A stretch of DNA of 59,910 nt, the filler included. It is 6 parts of 6 records of this genome, joined end to end, with 100 filler letters (N's around TTAATTAATTAA, not from the genome) between each part and the next. Parts side by side here need not be neighbours in the genome. Positions count along the whole stretch, not along the records: positions 1 to 10,087 come from SRR2962707_3510; positions 10,188 to 16,860 come from SRR2962707_3517; 4 more parts are not named here. One strand, given 5' to 3'. The translations under genes and the position numbers were made by a program. Each line of letters begins with the position of its first letter. Positions within the stretch are counted from its first letter, which is position 1. Below the pieces are notes generated by a model, which ran no database searches, was not told the origin of the DNA, and was given only the letters and a program-made list of their open reading frames with translations. Below are positions 1 to 11,701 of the stretch, piece after piece.

Positions 1-304
1 AGAAAGAAAACCCTCCATGACAGGCGAGTTCCGAAAGCCGGTCCTTCCCAGTGAGTCTCATCCTACACCTCGTGCAGAAATCGTGAAATCGTACAGGTTC
101 GGCTCCGTCGCATCAGCCGTGTTTGTATACAGGCTGTTGTGAGCATCGCGAACTTCTCTGTGTATGACCATACAGGCTATGTGACAAGTCAGTCAAAGTA
201 AAAATGGTTTAATTATGTGCATGTTGTACTTTGCTGAACCATTAAATTGATATTTTAAAGAAAGGTTACTATTTATTAATTTGACGACGTCCGAACCGTC
301 ACAT

Positions 305-365
305 CACCACTCACTCTCACTCTCTCTCTCTCTTCTCTCTTCCTCCCTTCCTCTCCTCCACACAC
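305..365 (+). repeat. CT/CACT-rich low-complexity tract upstream of the cyclase gene (likely promoter/5'UTR)
   Basis: cactcactctcactctctctctctcttctctcttcctcccttcc follows an AT-rich stretch at ~200-280. Confidence 0.6.
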
Positions 366-464
366 TCACGCGCTCTCGCATCGCAACACTTTTCGCTCGT
401 GGGTCGGTCTCTTCCGCTTCCCGCGCACGTCAGTGCAATGCGAGATCGCCTTCAGGAAAGAAGG

Positions 465-622
465 GTAAGTGCGCGGCGCAGGTGTGGAGAAGTTCTCTTT
501 TGTTTCTGCTTTTCTTTTTTTGTTCTTCCTCTGTGGGTCAGGATCTAGCTTGAACTGTCTTTGTCTCCGGCCCGGTGGGTCAGCGATCGTTCAGCGACAC
601 CTGTTTTCCTGTCTTGTCGCAG
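465..622 (+). other. Probable 5'UTR spliceosomal intron of the cyclase gene
   Basis: Perfect donor G|GTAAGT at 465; pyrimidine tract ending GCAG at 622; lies upstream of the ATG at 696. Confidence 0.55.
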
Positions 623-695
623 ACTCTGTTCAACCACTTGGAATCTTTCCATGTCGTAGCTTCGAAAGGCTGCTGCTCCTGCTGCTGCTGCTGAT

Positions 696-3600
696 ATGGC
701 GTTTCTTGCAGAACCAAAGGCCGACATTCCCGTTGTTGGTCGTGAGGCTTTACCCACAGGGTCGTTTGCGCGCGCGTCGCCGGAACATTTTGGCTCCAGA
801 GAGCGACGAAGCAGCAGCGGCATTCACTCCGGCGCGACATCTTCTCGAGCTTCGACCACGCGGAGCATCGGTGCCGACAGTGTTGAGAATGGGAGTGCTC
901 GTGATAACAGTCGCAGACTCACTAGGGGCCGGAGCTCACTGGCCGGGGAGTACTTGAAGGGGATATATGACATCAAGACGTCACGACACAGTAGCACGAG
1001 CACCCCGGCATCTGGCAACGGTCGTTTTGAACGGTCGTGTTCGATCGGCTGCGTCTGCCAGACAATGGGCACTGACGACAAGCTTGTCATTACGCTGTGG
1101 GTACTCGCATACATCATTGTTTTAGGCTCGATTTTGCAGCTTTATTTCAGAGGTTTTGTTTGTATCCCGATCGAACAAGTTTTGGGTGCTGCGAATGCAT
1201 CATCGATGAGTCTTGTGGCTGAGATCGCACTTGCGTACGGTGTCAGTTTTGTTTGCATTGGTGCTCTATATGAACCGGCTATCGGGTTTGACTCGGATGC
1301 AACCTGCACCAAAATGTGTGCTGACGCAAAAAATTTCAGCGGATCCCATGCTATTTCAGACTGCGAGTGCTGGGACACAGATACAGGCGTCATCGTCGGC
1401 AGTGTCGTTGTGCTTGTGGTCATGGGTACACTTCTGGTTGTTTACTTTGTCGGAAAACGTGATGGGCTTTGGAAGAAGGCTTTCTGTTCCAGCGCAACCT
1501 GTTGTCACACCCAACCTTGTGACAGTGTCCAATCCCAGACAATCGTTACGTCTGCTCGTCACGCAAAGTGGTACAGCTTGTTGACTTTTCTTGCGGTTGC
1601 TACAATTGCCGTGACGGGTGCGGTATTGAGCATTGAAAAGTCTTGTATCTTCGCGTCGGTTTTTGTTATTGCAGCCTTGTAAGTCCAATTGGTCTCTGAA
1701 CTCGCATGCACGCTGAATCCAAGTATTTTTACTCACTAAGGCAGGATGATCTTGTTTGAGTATTGTGCTGCCGTTTGCTCTTTGCAATTGTAGATATGTT
1801 GTCGACGCAATACCTTTGAGCCTCGGAACTGCCGCTGCTTTTTCTTCCGCACTGCTCACTCTCGTCGTGAATATTTTGGGCTTAAGCCGTGTGCGAATTT
1901 TCACTCCAACAAGTGTGTTTGGGGAAGCAGTTGAAGGATCTATTTTTCTGATGTTCTTCGTGCTGGTTTGTTGGGCTCCAGTTTACACAACCAAGCTCCA
2001 GCAGGTAAGGCGTCATGCCAAACTTCTGGCTGAGTTGCAGCTACAGTGTTGCTTCCAAATTAGTATTTTTCCTGTTTGATTTGGTACACTGACATGACCT
2101 TTGAAAATTTATTCAGCGCGGGAGCAAAGAACTGACACACACGTTGACTGAGTCAATCGCCAGATTTGAGGCGGAGCAGAAATTTATCGGCGACTTGCTG
2201 GACAACATTCTCCCCAAATCCATCGCATCTGAGATCAAACAATCTTCAATTGCATCCGAGACAATGGCCACAAAGTTTGAGCGAGTCACGCTCATGTTTG
2301 CTTTGTTGTGTGGTGTGGACGGTGCAAGTGAGAATCAGGAGGATGTGTACGTGCTGCTGCCATGGTCGTTTATTCGTGCTGAGCTGCTTCATTGTGTGAG
2401 AGTGTGATAATCAACGAGGGATTTTCTCTGTTCACCGTTGTTTGTTGGTCAGGTATACTTTCACTTTCAACTTTTTCAAGATCATTGACGACCTATGCGA
2501 TGAGTACGAAAGTGATGTTATCACGCGCGTCGAAATTTTTGGTGCCTCTCACGGCAAAACTTTCTAAGGGAACGCATGCGTGACAGGTACAACGTGGAAA
2601 AGATCAAAACTATTGGGACTGATTACATGGCAGGTGCTGGATTTCCTGAGGAGTCACCAACACATACTCGGGACTTATGCCTCATGGCACTCGCTTTTAG
2701 GCAAAAAGTTCGAGAGTATAGCGCCTCGACGGGTGTCCCGCTCACGTGTCGCATTGGATTGGCGACGGGTTCAGCAGTTGCTGGGGTTATCGGGTCATCC
2801 AAAGTGACATACGATGTTTTTGGTGACACCGTCAACACGGCATCTCGAATGATGAGCTCCTGCAACGACGGAGAAATAATGGTGACAGAGCGAGTAAAAA
2901 CCAATCTTATGGATCAATCCACCGTGTTGCTTCGCGATGGCGACGGCAAGGAGCTACCAGACGACAGTGAGAGCCTGGATCTTTCGAATCGTCGTCCAAC
3001 AATGTTCGTTTCATTGTAGTCATGTTTTGTTTATTGTCAAAACCTGCTTGAGTCAATCGTTAATTCTTGTTTCTCGTGTCCACAGATACGAGTTTGCAAT
3101 TCAAGCTCATCCAAAAGGGGAGATTCCTATCAAAGGAAAGGGAATGATGCGAACCTTCTTTGTGGATGAAGGTCACCCATTCGGCTCAGAGCCTAAGAAC
3201 ACAAGTGTAGTGTCAAATAACAACGGTGCTGTCGCAGCTTTACGTCTTCAAGATCTCACTGTCATGACCAGCTCCCCTTCGAAGGTTGCACTGCATGCGT
3301 ATTATTTTTTCTGATCCACAACGCATTTTTGCTTTTGGTTTTGGGGCGGCACCGCTCTGAGTGCTGTTGTTACATACCTTGTGCACAGGTTGGGATTCAT
3401 CAAAAACTCGACAGAATGATGTCCGCTTATGACATCAGATTCCACGATTCGGAAGCAGTATCCGATAGCTGGCACAGCAGCGACCGATCGGATCCATCTG
3501 ACATTGCAGTTAGCCAAAGTCTTCTTCGCCGCAGGTTTGGCATTGGCCTATCTTCCTGCATTGTATTCGATTTCACCAGCAGTCCGTTTCCAATCTGATG

Positions 3601-6600
3601 AAATCCATGCCTGCATCTAGTTTGGCGAACTTCGCCGCTTCTAATCAAGCACTTGTCGGCCAACGTCCGTCGTTGCGTGTGAATGTTCTTCGTGATCGCA
3701 ATGAACGGGCAGAAAGTAAAACCAGTAACGCCAGCAGTACTGTGGCACCGACCTACATTCCTGACTCCAGTCAAACCCTTGCAACTCTTGCAATGTCACG
3801 TCGCAGCAGTGAAGTTGAAATGTCAGCCGCCGCGGCCGCGGCAGCTGCAACGCAGGCGCGCCGCATGAGTAGCTTGCAGCAATCTGCTGATGCCCACAAG
3901 GCCGTTGCAGTGTCAGTCGCGCAGCACCAGCTAAAATCTGTGACTGGAGTTCCGCCGCCACAATTAAGGTACAAGAGCAGCGCTAGTCACCATTTAGTTT
4001 CGGCCCAGGACGTGTTCAAAGGCAAAAACGCAGATGCCCGTCGCCGCAAGAAACTCTTCTACTCACCTTGTGCAGGGTAAGCTTTTTTTCTTCTGCATGG
4101 AGAAGCAGTGATAATGCAAGATCACTTTTTTTTGAAACAGAGCTTTTGCTTTCCCATCTTTCGTGACGACTATTTATGTGATTTGCAACGCACGTTGTCA
4201 GATTTTGTAACGCCAAATGTGTGAGCGCAAGAACTGCCCGGTCTCCCCAGGCGCTTGCTTCCAAGAAACTGGAGCAGGCGTTCATGGTGCTTATGTGAGT
4301 TTTATTTGTTGTGTCTGCATTCATCGCCTGGTGAAATGGAACCAAACTTGTTAACCGACGGCCCGTTGTTGTTACCATGTGGCGTAGGTACCATTCGACA
4401 TCACACATGCAGCAAATGGCCTGGATGATTTTTCTCGCAATACTGGTGGTTGATCACTCAATAGTTCGATCGCCACAGCTTGCATTGAATGTACGACACG
4501 TATTGTTCAGGCTCGTTCAGAATCAATATTGCGCACTCGTCTTCACTTCTATCAATGCAATTTTCTTGTGTTTGCAATGTGTGCATTGGTGGTGTAAAAC
4601 AGAACCAGTTGACCGCGACTGTCACGATGGATCTTGGAACTGTGCAGTACATTATTTTCGTTGCGCAAGCTATGGCGGCATGCGTCGTAAGCATCTGCCT
4701 GAACAATGCTGTCAAAGACCACAGCCACGACAATCACAACGATGATGACATGGTGGAAGATATTATGGATGTCAAAAGCTCAGCGAACGCTTCAGTTGTA
4801 CATTCAGTAAATGGGGTAGAAACCGATGTTGGCACTGGGTCCATCAACGAAAGCGGTGCACATTCAAACACAGAGCATCGGCATGTTATGATGGTGCAGT
4901 TGCAAAACACCACCGATGAAGAGAGAGATGCCGATTACCAACGTATTTCGATTCAATCAGTAGTGCTTTGGTTTGCTCTTTTGATTATAAACGTCGGGCT
5001 GTGTGCGTCACAGCTTCTTGTAGATATTGGAACCTCGAGAATGAACATCTACAGTGTTGGAATTCTTCTCTTGGTCACTCGCTTCTCACCACTATTGTTT
5101 GTGGAGAAAATAATTTACGTGGCCCTTCAATGTGTTGCTTTCTTCGGTGTCCAAATTTATTACGGGCTTTCAGTGTCCCAGGTACGTGACTGACTGATAC
5201 ATTTGCAAGCGGGCGCTCATCACGGGATGCAACGTTCTCAGCTACCTACACGTCACAATCAATATTGTAGGTAGCAACGGAGGAGCTACCTGTTGCTGAA
5301 ATGTTCATTGACTACAATGACACTCTTGTCGATATCGTGGAAGACTTTTTGCTGGTCCATATTGCGTTAGTCATTGTCCTGTTCGTCAGCGACTACCGCT
5401 GCGAACATCACAACCGGCGAGAATTTCTCCGACTGTCTGCCGCTGAGCAGAAGTACGCGGAGGTCCAGGAGACGAGTTCCTTCTCTGAACAGTTACTGAA
5501 ACGAATGCCGTTGCCGGAACAAATTATTGATCAGATTCGGGTCACAAACCAGGCGCGTTGCAGGCGAGGCAATCAAGTGTGGATGTATCTGAACCCTGGC
5601 AACTGTCGCTGATTGGGGCACCTTTGCATTCTAGGTGAAATCTACTTTCATCGATGGCTACGGGACCGTGTTATTTGCGGACATTGTGAGCTTTACTACC
5701 TTCTCACAAACTCTCACAGCCCCGCAGCTAGTGATAATGCTGAACGCAATGTTCATGAAGTTTGATCGTCTTGCAGAAAAAAATGAGGTAAGTGTGTTTT
5801 TGGGAGAGCAAATTCGTGTGTGCGATTTTGAAAATTGGCACGATGATAATTACTGTGCTTTGTTATAGGTTGTTAAAATCAAGACAATTGGAGACTGTTA
5901 TGTCTGCGCATCTGGTGTGCTTAGTCCAATGCTTGGAAAAGTCAATCACGCAGAGGTTTGCGAAGTAGATTGTTTGATTTCCACCATGTGTAAATTTTTG
6001 GTTGTGGTATTGTCATTTGCCCAAGATGACAAGTGCGATGTGTGCCCCAGGCGATGATTATGATGGCCATCGACATGCACCGAGCCATGCAACAAATCAA
6101 CGAGGAATTTGGTCATGGCCTGAGGTTGCGTATTGGAATGCACAGTGGATCAGTACTCGGTGGCATCATGGGAACAAAGAAGCTGAATTTCGACCTGTGG
6201 GGCGAGACTGTTGAAATGGCGAACCGTATGGAAGAAGACGGTGTGCCAGAACGTATTCACGTCTCGGAACCTGTGTTCGTGTTCCCTCTTTTCCTTGTTG
6301 ATTCACTGATTGAGTTTTTATCGGTCTCTGCATTGGCCGTGTGTTGAAATTTGCATGCTCACGTGATGCATGTATGACCCAACTGGTCGCTACGGGCTGC
6401 GCAATGCAGGTATCTTCGTGCAAACAAGAGATTTGAATTTGAAGACCGATACGCTCCTGGAGAAAAACCGGTGAAAAAGGTAGCTCACTGAGTAGCTTAC
6501 ACAAATTTGACGGTCGCGCTGTTGCATGAGTGCACGATCAAGACTGTTTTGAATTTGACGAACGTGCCGTTCTGCATGAATTTGCAACGCTAGCCTGATC

Positions 6601-8138
6601 ACCCGATGACCCAAGCCTATGCCCCAAAAGCCCTTACAGAAGTCGCTAGCATCAACCACGGCATGTCCAAGCAAGACGCTGGTTGGAATCACGGAGGAAC
6701 CAAAAATTTCATCGAGAAAGGAGTGAAATTACCGCCAACACCAATTTCCTCGGGCGCCGCGGGTGGTGGAAAGAAGGGAGCTGGAACAATGGTCACAGGC
6801 GCCACGGATGTAAGTTTTGGCATTTTTGATTGATGGTCGATTAAGGCACCTCCAACCTTTTTTCCTTGCCTTTCCTGACAATGGCTGGACGATGTATTGA
6901 TTGTTTGAAGGGACATCACAAGGATGCTTCGGAAAAAGGTTCGGTCAGACCATTTCGGCGAAATTTTTCGTCACCATTTGGGCCAACTGCAAGCCAGAAT
7001 GGTTTTCTGCCTCACATTTGCTTGCTTCTCAGAACTGCTGGAATACCGTCGTGGGACGTGCTTGCACGCATTCTTGCTGACAACGCGTAGGTCACAAGGG
7101 CGTCAGACCTCGAAGCTATCTCGTTATTGTGCCGAAGTCTTTGCGTGCAGTTTTTCACGGACCAGGCAAACATGAACCAGAGTACGTCGACTTGCTGCTG
7201 CAGGTTGCTGCGCTCGTCGTCGGAGACGCATGCTCACCTCGAAGGGATTGGTCGTGCGACAGGTACCGCCGTCTCCAAGAAGAACGAGAACGCCTCTTGC
7301 GCCAGCATCGGATTCACGAAAAGGTATGTGAAAGCGATGTGTGCGAAGTGTGTTTGACTTTTTGCATGACTATGACTTTTTGCTGCACGGTCAACATGTA
7401 CAGGCTGTGGTTCAGTTGCAACGCTGGGCGCGAAAGAAGATCCGTCTGAATACAGTGGCATCCCAGCGTCGCCGCCTGCGAGAGGTTCGCGTTGTCCGTA
7501 CATGTGTGGCCATACATTTGACTCAATAAGTGAAGCTAAGTTTCTTGCTTCGTCTGTTTCGTTGATCTTGTTCCGCAACTCAACACCAGTCGCTGGCTGA
7601 CAATGACATCGGTTCACGGCTATTGCGACGCAGCTCTTCGTGCGTCTGTTTTTCAAATGGTGCTCCCAAATGTTCTCGGATTTTGGAACAGTTTCATTTT
7701 GATAACATTCGATGCCTCTTTTCTTTGGTTCATGTCTGCACGCATGCTTGTGAATGAATGTGAACAAATCATGGGAAGCACTGCGCATGGTGCAGACCGG
7801 AGGTCCTCAGTTCTCGTCCGCCACAGCACGTTTGTGAAAGGCAAAGGTGAGAACCCGCTGTTTGCCGTTGCTCTGATTGTCAGTCTCTTTTGTGCATGCT
7901 GTGTTTCTGGGAAAAGGCATCTTTGCAGTCCTATTACAAGTGAGTGTCATGCTGTGGTGGATGACCATGCGCAGGTAAAATTGCGCGAGAACGGTCCCAC
8001 AGCTCCGATGGAACTTCTGAGACGAGCAATAGCAACTTCAGTCGTAGCAGCAGTGTTGAATCATCACGTCGACACTCGACTCGTGTCGCACGTCAAAGTA
8101 GCGAAAGCACTGGAAAAAGCTCTTCAAACTCCACATGA
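696..8138 (+). CDS. Multi-exon class III membrane adenylyl cyclase (TM cluster, C2-like domain, TM cluster, C1-like domain, IQ-like motif); 3' end beyond ~7484 uncertain
   Basis: Hand-spliced in frame across introns 1679-1793, 2005-2116, 2347-2452, 2504-2586, 3004-3085, 3285-3388, 3535-3620, 4077-4201, 4295-4387, 4491-4602, 5182-5270, ~5553-5634, 5788-5868, 5956-6050, 6275-6409, 6480-6593, 6810-6910, 6939-7090, ~7180-7262, 7324-7403. Domain 1: EKIKTIGTDYM...RIGLATGSAVAGVIG...YDVFGDTVNTASRM...IKGKGMMRTF. Domain 2: LFADIVSFT...KIKTIGDCY...RIGMHSGSVLGG...FDLWGETVEMANRME. Hydrophobic TM segments precede each domain. Confidence 0.85.
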
Positions 8139-10087
8139 TTCAACGCAGACCATCCGTATGTTTGCGCTTAGTTTTAAATCCTCTCTCTTTATTATTTACA
8201 ATATTATTTTGTGATCACTGCACAACCTGCGTTATGTAGCGAAGGGAATTACCGTTTCCTGAAATGGCAGAAATGTTCTGCACGATACGTGACAATACGT
8301 ATCATGTCACTGAATGTGCAGTTTGAGTCCATCCACCAGCCGACGTGGCTCGCCAACCGCGAACCACATTGAGCTCAAGACTGGCCCCGAAAGAGTCAAC
8401 GGCGACCACCAAGCTCGCGTGTTGCAGATATCTGCAAGGATGTTGTGCGCAACATCACCGATTTCGTTTGGAGCAAAGCCGAACATTTGGATGACTGATT
8501 GAACAACAGCAGGAGGTTGAAGGAGGAGAGCAGACCATACCTACCGGTACGCCATTCAAGAGTCTGCAAGAAGTGGGTGGTGGTGGGCATCATAGGTGGG
8601 TGTGGAGTCAATGAACTGAGCGGCGTGCTCAGCGCGTCCACTAAATAAAAAAAAATCATAAATTCTCTTGGAATAGCGTACTTTGTTCATGAAAATGACA
8701 TTTTTAACAAATTCAAACTTTGCTTTCGGCTGCACGCACAGCACCAACACTCGCTCGCATGCTGGCTCAGGATGATCGTACCGGTAGATTCTGCACATAT
8801 CTCAATCACTTGGTACGCTACCGGGTATGGTTTACGAAAAGTTAAAAGTCAAAAAATAGCACGATGGAAGTGTTGTAATAAAGTGAGGGGGCCGATACTG
8901 TGGAGACGAGAAGAAATTCTGGTGAAAAAGTCAAAGAATTGCAACTTGGTGCTTGTCGAACGACCCGACCGCAGTCCATTCATTCGCTAACTGCCGCAGG
9001 TCGACCCTACCGGTAACTATCAACCACACAACCACAGTCTCTCCAAAACAATGTTCAAATTGATTACTTTCAGACACTTCAAGACAACCACATTACATTA
9101 TCAAGAGACACTAATAAAACTAGTGTACATTTATATGACCTGGAAGGAGAGCGCGAGCGGACCCGGTGCTGGGTGTCGTCTCGATCCACCAGCTTGACAA
9201 TTTCAAAATCGCAAAGTGCATTTCAATACTAAAAGCATGCCTTTCGCATTGAGTGTGTCTCGCCTGTCTCTTGTAGGGGCTAGGCCCAACGCCACCGCGC
9301 GTGAACGCCGCACTCACACGCAGTAATTTGACGTGCAGCGGCAGTGCAAACGGGAAACGAGCGCGAAGGCCGCCTACGCGCACGAGTCCGCCCCCAGCCC
9401 CACATAATATAGTCAGCTGAATCGCGAAAAAAAGTGGGTTTTTATAAAGTAGACCAGGCAAAAGATACACGGCAGAGAACGTTGTTATGCGTGTTGTTTT
9501 GAAAAGTATGTGCGGTCTAGGAAGTGGTCTACTTGAAGTTTCGCACCGTTTTTCGCGTCAAATGGAGCGTTGGATATTGGGCGTAACAGCGGCAGCGACG
9601 GCCTTCGCTCGCTCGGAGTTGGAGAGCAGCAGCATTTGAAGGGGATAACAACCGGAAACGCGTTCTCCGGACACAACCTTGCACATTGTAATGCACGCCT
9701 CGACACTATTATGAGCACAATGGAAACCACTGAATACTTCGACCCCCACGTTTTTCATCACTTTATGCACCCACACGCGCCTGTGTAAATTTAGACGAAA
9801 ATTTGGGTATTTCTGAACACCCTGGGCGACCGTGTGGCGCAGGTCGGTCGTCGGTGTTTGGGTTTGAGAGGGGGAGCACAGGGGGTAACAACGGGGACGG
9901 GTTTGGAAGAGCGCGAGTGGAGCGGGCTTGTAGCGAGTAATTGTTTGATTGATTGCTCTCAGCCACCCCGCGACCTTTCAGACACGCCTGTTTCTCCCGT
10001 TCCAGAGCGCGTTTGCCCTGCAGACTCTGTCTCAACAATGGCGCAGTCACGCCCACAAATGCGCCTCGTCCACCCGTCCCCCCCCCC

Positions 10088-10187
10088 NNNNNNNNNNNNN
10101 NNNNNNNNNNNNNNNNNNNNNNNNNNNNNNNTTAATTAATTAANNNNNNNNNNNNNNNNNNNNNNNNNNNNNNNNNNNNNNNNNNNN
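10088..10187. other. Artificial contig linker
   Basis: N-run, TTAATTAATTAA (stops in all six frames), N-run; 100 nt; organism changes across it. Confidence 0.97.
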
Positions 10188-10475
10188 CGTACTTACTTTT
10201 TTGATGTGAAAGCGACAAGGTCGAATGATTATTACCTTACGATCACAGAAAGCAAGAGAAAACCAAAAGATGATGGTTTCTTTTATGAAAAGCATAAAAT
10301 CTTTTTGTATAAAGAGGATTTCAACAAGTTTGTTGAGGCACTGAATACAACAGTGAATCATGTGAAAGAAGAATTAATGCCTGAAGTGGACTTCACTCAA
10401 TTCGATAGAAACGACGAAGAGGAAGTTGCTAATATGGAAGTCTCAGACTCTGATTCAGAGTTGAAATGGGACTAA
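10188..10475 (+). CDS. DUF3276 / PUR-family nucleic-acid-binding protein (5' partial)
   Basis: Open from the contig edge: RTYFFDVKATRSNDYYLTITESKRK...KHKIFLYKEDFNKF, typical of Bacteroidota DUF3276; acidic tail. Confidence 0.85.
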   Translation, partial: RTYFFDVKATRSNDYYLTITESKRKPKDDGFFYEKHKIFLYKEDFNKFVEALNTTVNHVKEELMPEVDFTQFDRNDEEEVANMEVSDSDSELKWD

Positions 10476-10503
10476 TACGATAACCTAATATAAGTATGAA
10501 GAG

Positions 10504-10537
10504 AGGCTCTTGGAAATATTTTCTGAGGGCTTTTTTG
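10504..10537 (+). terminator. Rho-independent terminator after DUF3276
   Basis: Imperfect hairpin aggctcttggaaa...tttctgagggct followed by a T-tract. Confidence 0.6.
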
Positions 10538-10545
10538 TTTTATGC

Positions 10546-10553
10546 TAATTTTG
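10546..10553 (+). promoter_or_regulatory. Bacteroidota primary-sigma -7 element for ychF
   Basis: TAATTTTG matches the TAnnTTTG consensus, 50 nt upstream of the ychF ATG. Confidence 0.5.
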
Positions 10554-10603
10554 CGCGCCGGTAAGGAGTTACAATCAATTCAATAGCGTAAAAACAAAAT
10601 CCC

Positions 10604-11701
10604 ATGGGTCTTAAATGTGGTATCGTTGGACTTCCCAATGTTGGAAAATCAACACTTTTCAATGCACTTTCCAACGCCAAAGCTGAGGCAGCAAATTTCC
10701 CATTCTGTACCATCGAGCCGAATGTCGGTGTGATCACTGTACCGGATGAGCGACTGAAAATCCTTGAAGAACTCGTCAATCCAAAAAAAGTATTGCCTAC
10801 GGTTATTGAATTCGTTGATATCGCCGGACTTGTAAAAGGAGCAAGCAAAGGAGAAGGATTGGGAAATCAGTTCCTGGCGAATATTCGTGAAGTGGATGCG
10901 ATCATCCACGTGATCCGATGCTTTGATAACGACAACATTGTTCACGTATCAGGCAAGGTGGATCCGATTGAAGACAAGGAAGTTATTGATACCGAATTAC
11001 AGTTGAAAGATCTTGAGTCGGTTGATAAAAGAATTCAGCGAGTAGAGAAGATCGCTAAATCGGGTGACAAAGAGGCGAAGGCTGAATACGATGTGTTGAT
11101 CAAATTCAAATCTCATCTGGAGAGTGGCCAAAATGCACGTTCACTGGAAATGGACAAAGAGCAACGAGGGTGGATTAAAACATTGCAACTGCTTACCGAT
11201 AAACCAATCATCTATGTAGCCAATGTGGACGAAGAGTCGGTGAACTCAGGAAATGAATGGAGTAAGAAATTGCAGGAGAATATAGCTTCAGAAGAAGCGC
11301 AATTGATTTTAGTTTCTGCGGGATTGGAGGCACAGATCGCAGAATTTGAAGATCCTGAGGAGAAGCAGATGTTTCTGGAAGAATACGGATTGGAAGAGTC
11401 AGGACTGAATCGATTGATCAAAGCCTCATATACATTGCTAAACCTCATCACATACTTCACAGCCGGAGTACAAGAGGTGAGAGCTTGGACCATTCGAAAA
11501 GGATGGAAGGCACCTCAGGCTGCAGGTGTGATCCACACAGATTTTGAAAAAGGTTTTATCAAGGCTGAAGTGATCAAAATCCAGGATTATCAGCAGTACA
11601 AAACAGAAGCTGGTTGTCGGGAGGCCGGAAAATTAGCCATTGAGGGTAAGGAGTACTTGGTTCAGGATGGTGACGTGATGCACTTCCGCTTCAACGTATA
11701 G
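10604..11701 (+). CDS. ychF: Redox-regulated ribosome-binding ATPase YchF (Obg family)
   Basis: [47 protein letters not shown], and C-terminal TGS domain ending [13 protein letters not shown]. Confidence 0.97.
   Translation: MGLKCGIVGLPNVGKSTLFNALSNAKAEAANFPFCTIEPNVGVITVPDERLKILEELVNPKKVLPTVIEFVDIAGLVKGASKGEGLGNQFLANIREVDAIIHVIRCFDNDNIVHVSGKVDPIEDKEVIDTELQLKDLESVDKRIQRVEKIAKSGDKEAKAEYDVLIKFKSHLESGQNARSLEMDKEQRGWIKTLQLLTDKPIIYVANVDEESVNSGNEWSKKLQENIASEEAQLILVSAGLEAQIAEFEDPEEKQMFLEEYGLEESGLNRLIKASYTLLNLITYFTAGVQEVRAWTIRKGWKAPQAAGVIHTDFEKGFIKAEVIKIQDYQQYKTEAGCREAGKLAIEGKEYLVQDGDVMHFRFNV

Noticed and set aside
19..190. Recurring ACAGG/ATACAGGCT motifs resembling a CRISPR or tandem array
   Set aside because: Units are short, degenerate and irregularly spaced, in a eukaryotic contig with no cas genes.
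281..957. ORFs 281-553 and 469-957
   Set aside because: They translate low-complexity promoter/UTR and intron sequence, or overlap the real CDS out of frame.
1682..8502. Many short ORFs that look like a frameshifted pseudogene or an alternative genetic code
   Set aside because: Up to ~7484 they join in frame through canonical splice sites with stops falling in introns; no recoding is needed.
10088..10187. TTAATTAATTAA palindrome recurring five times
   Set aside because: Always centred in a 100-nt N spacer; an assembly concatenation linker, not biology.
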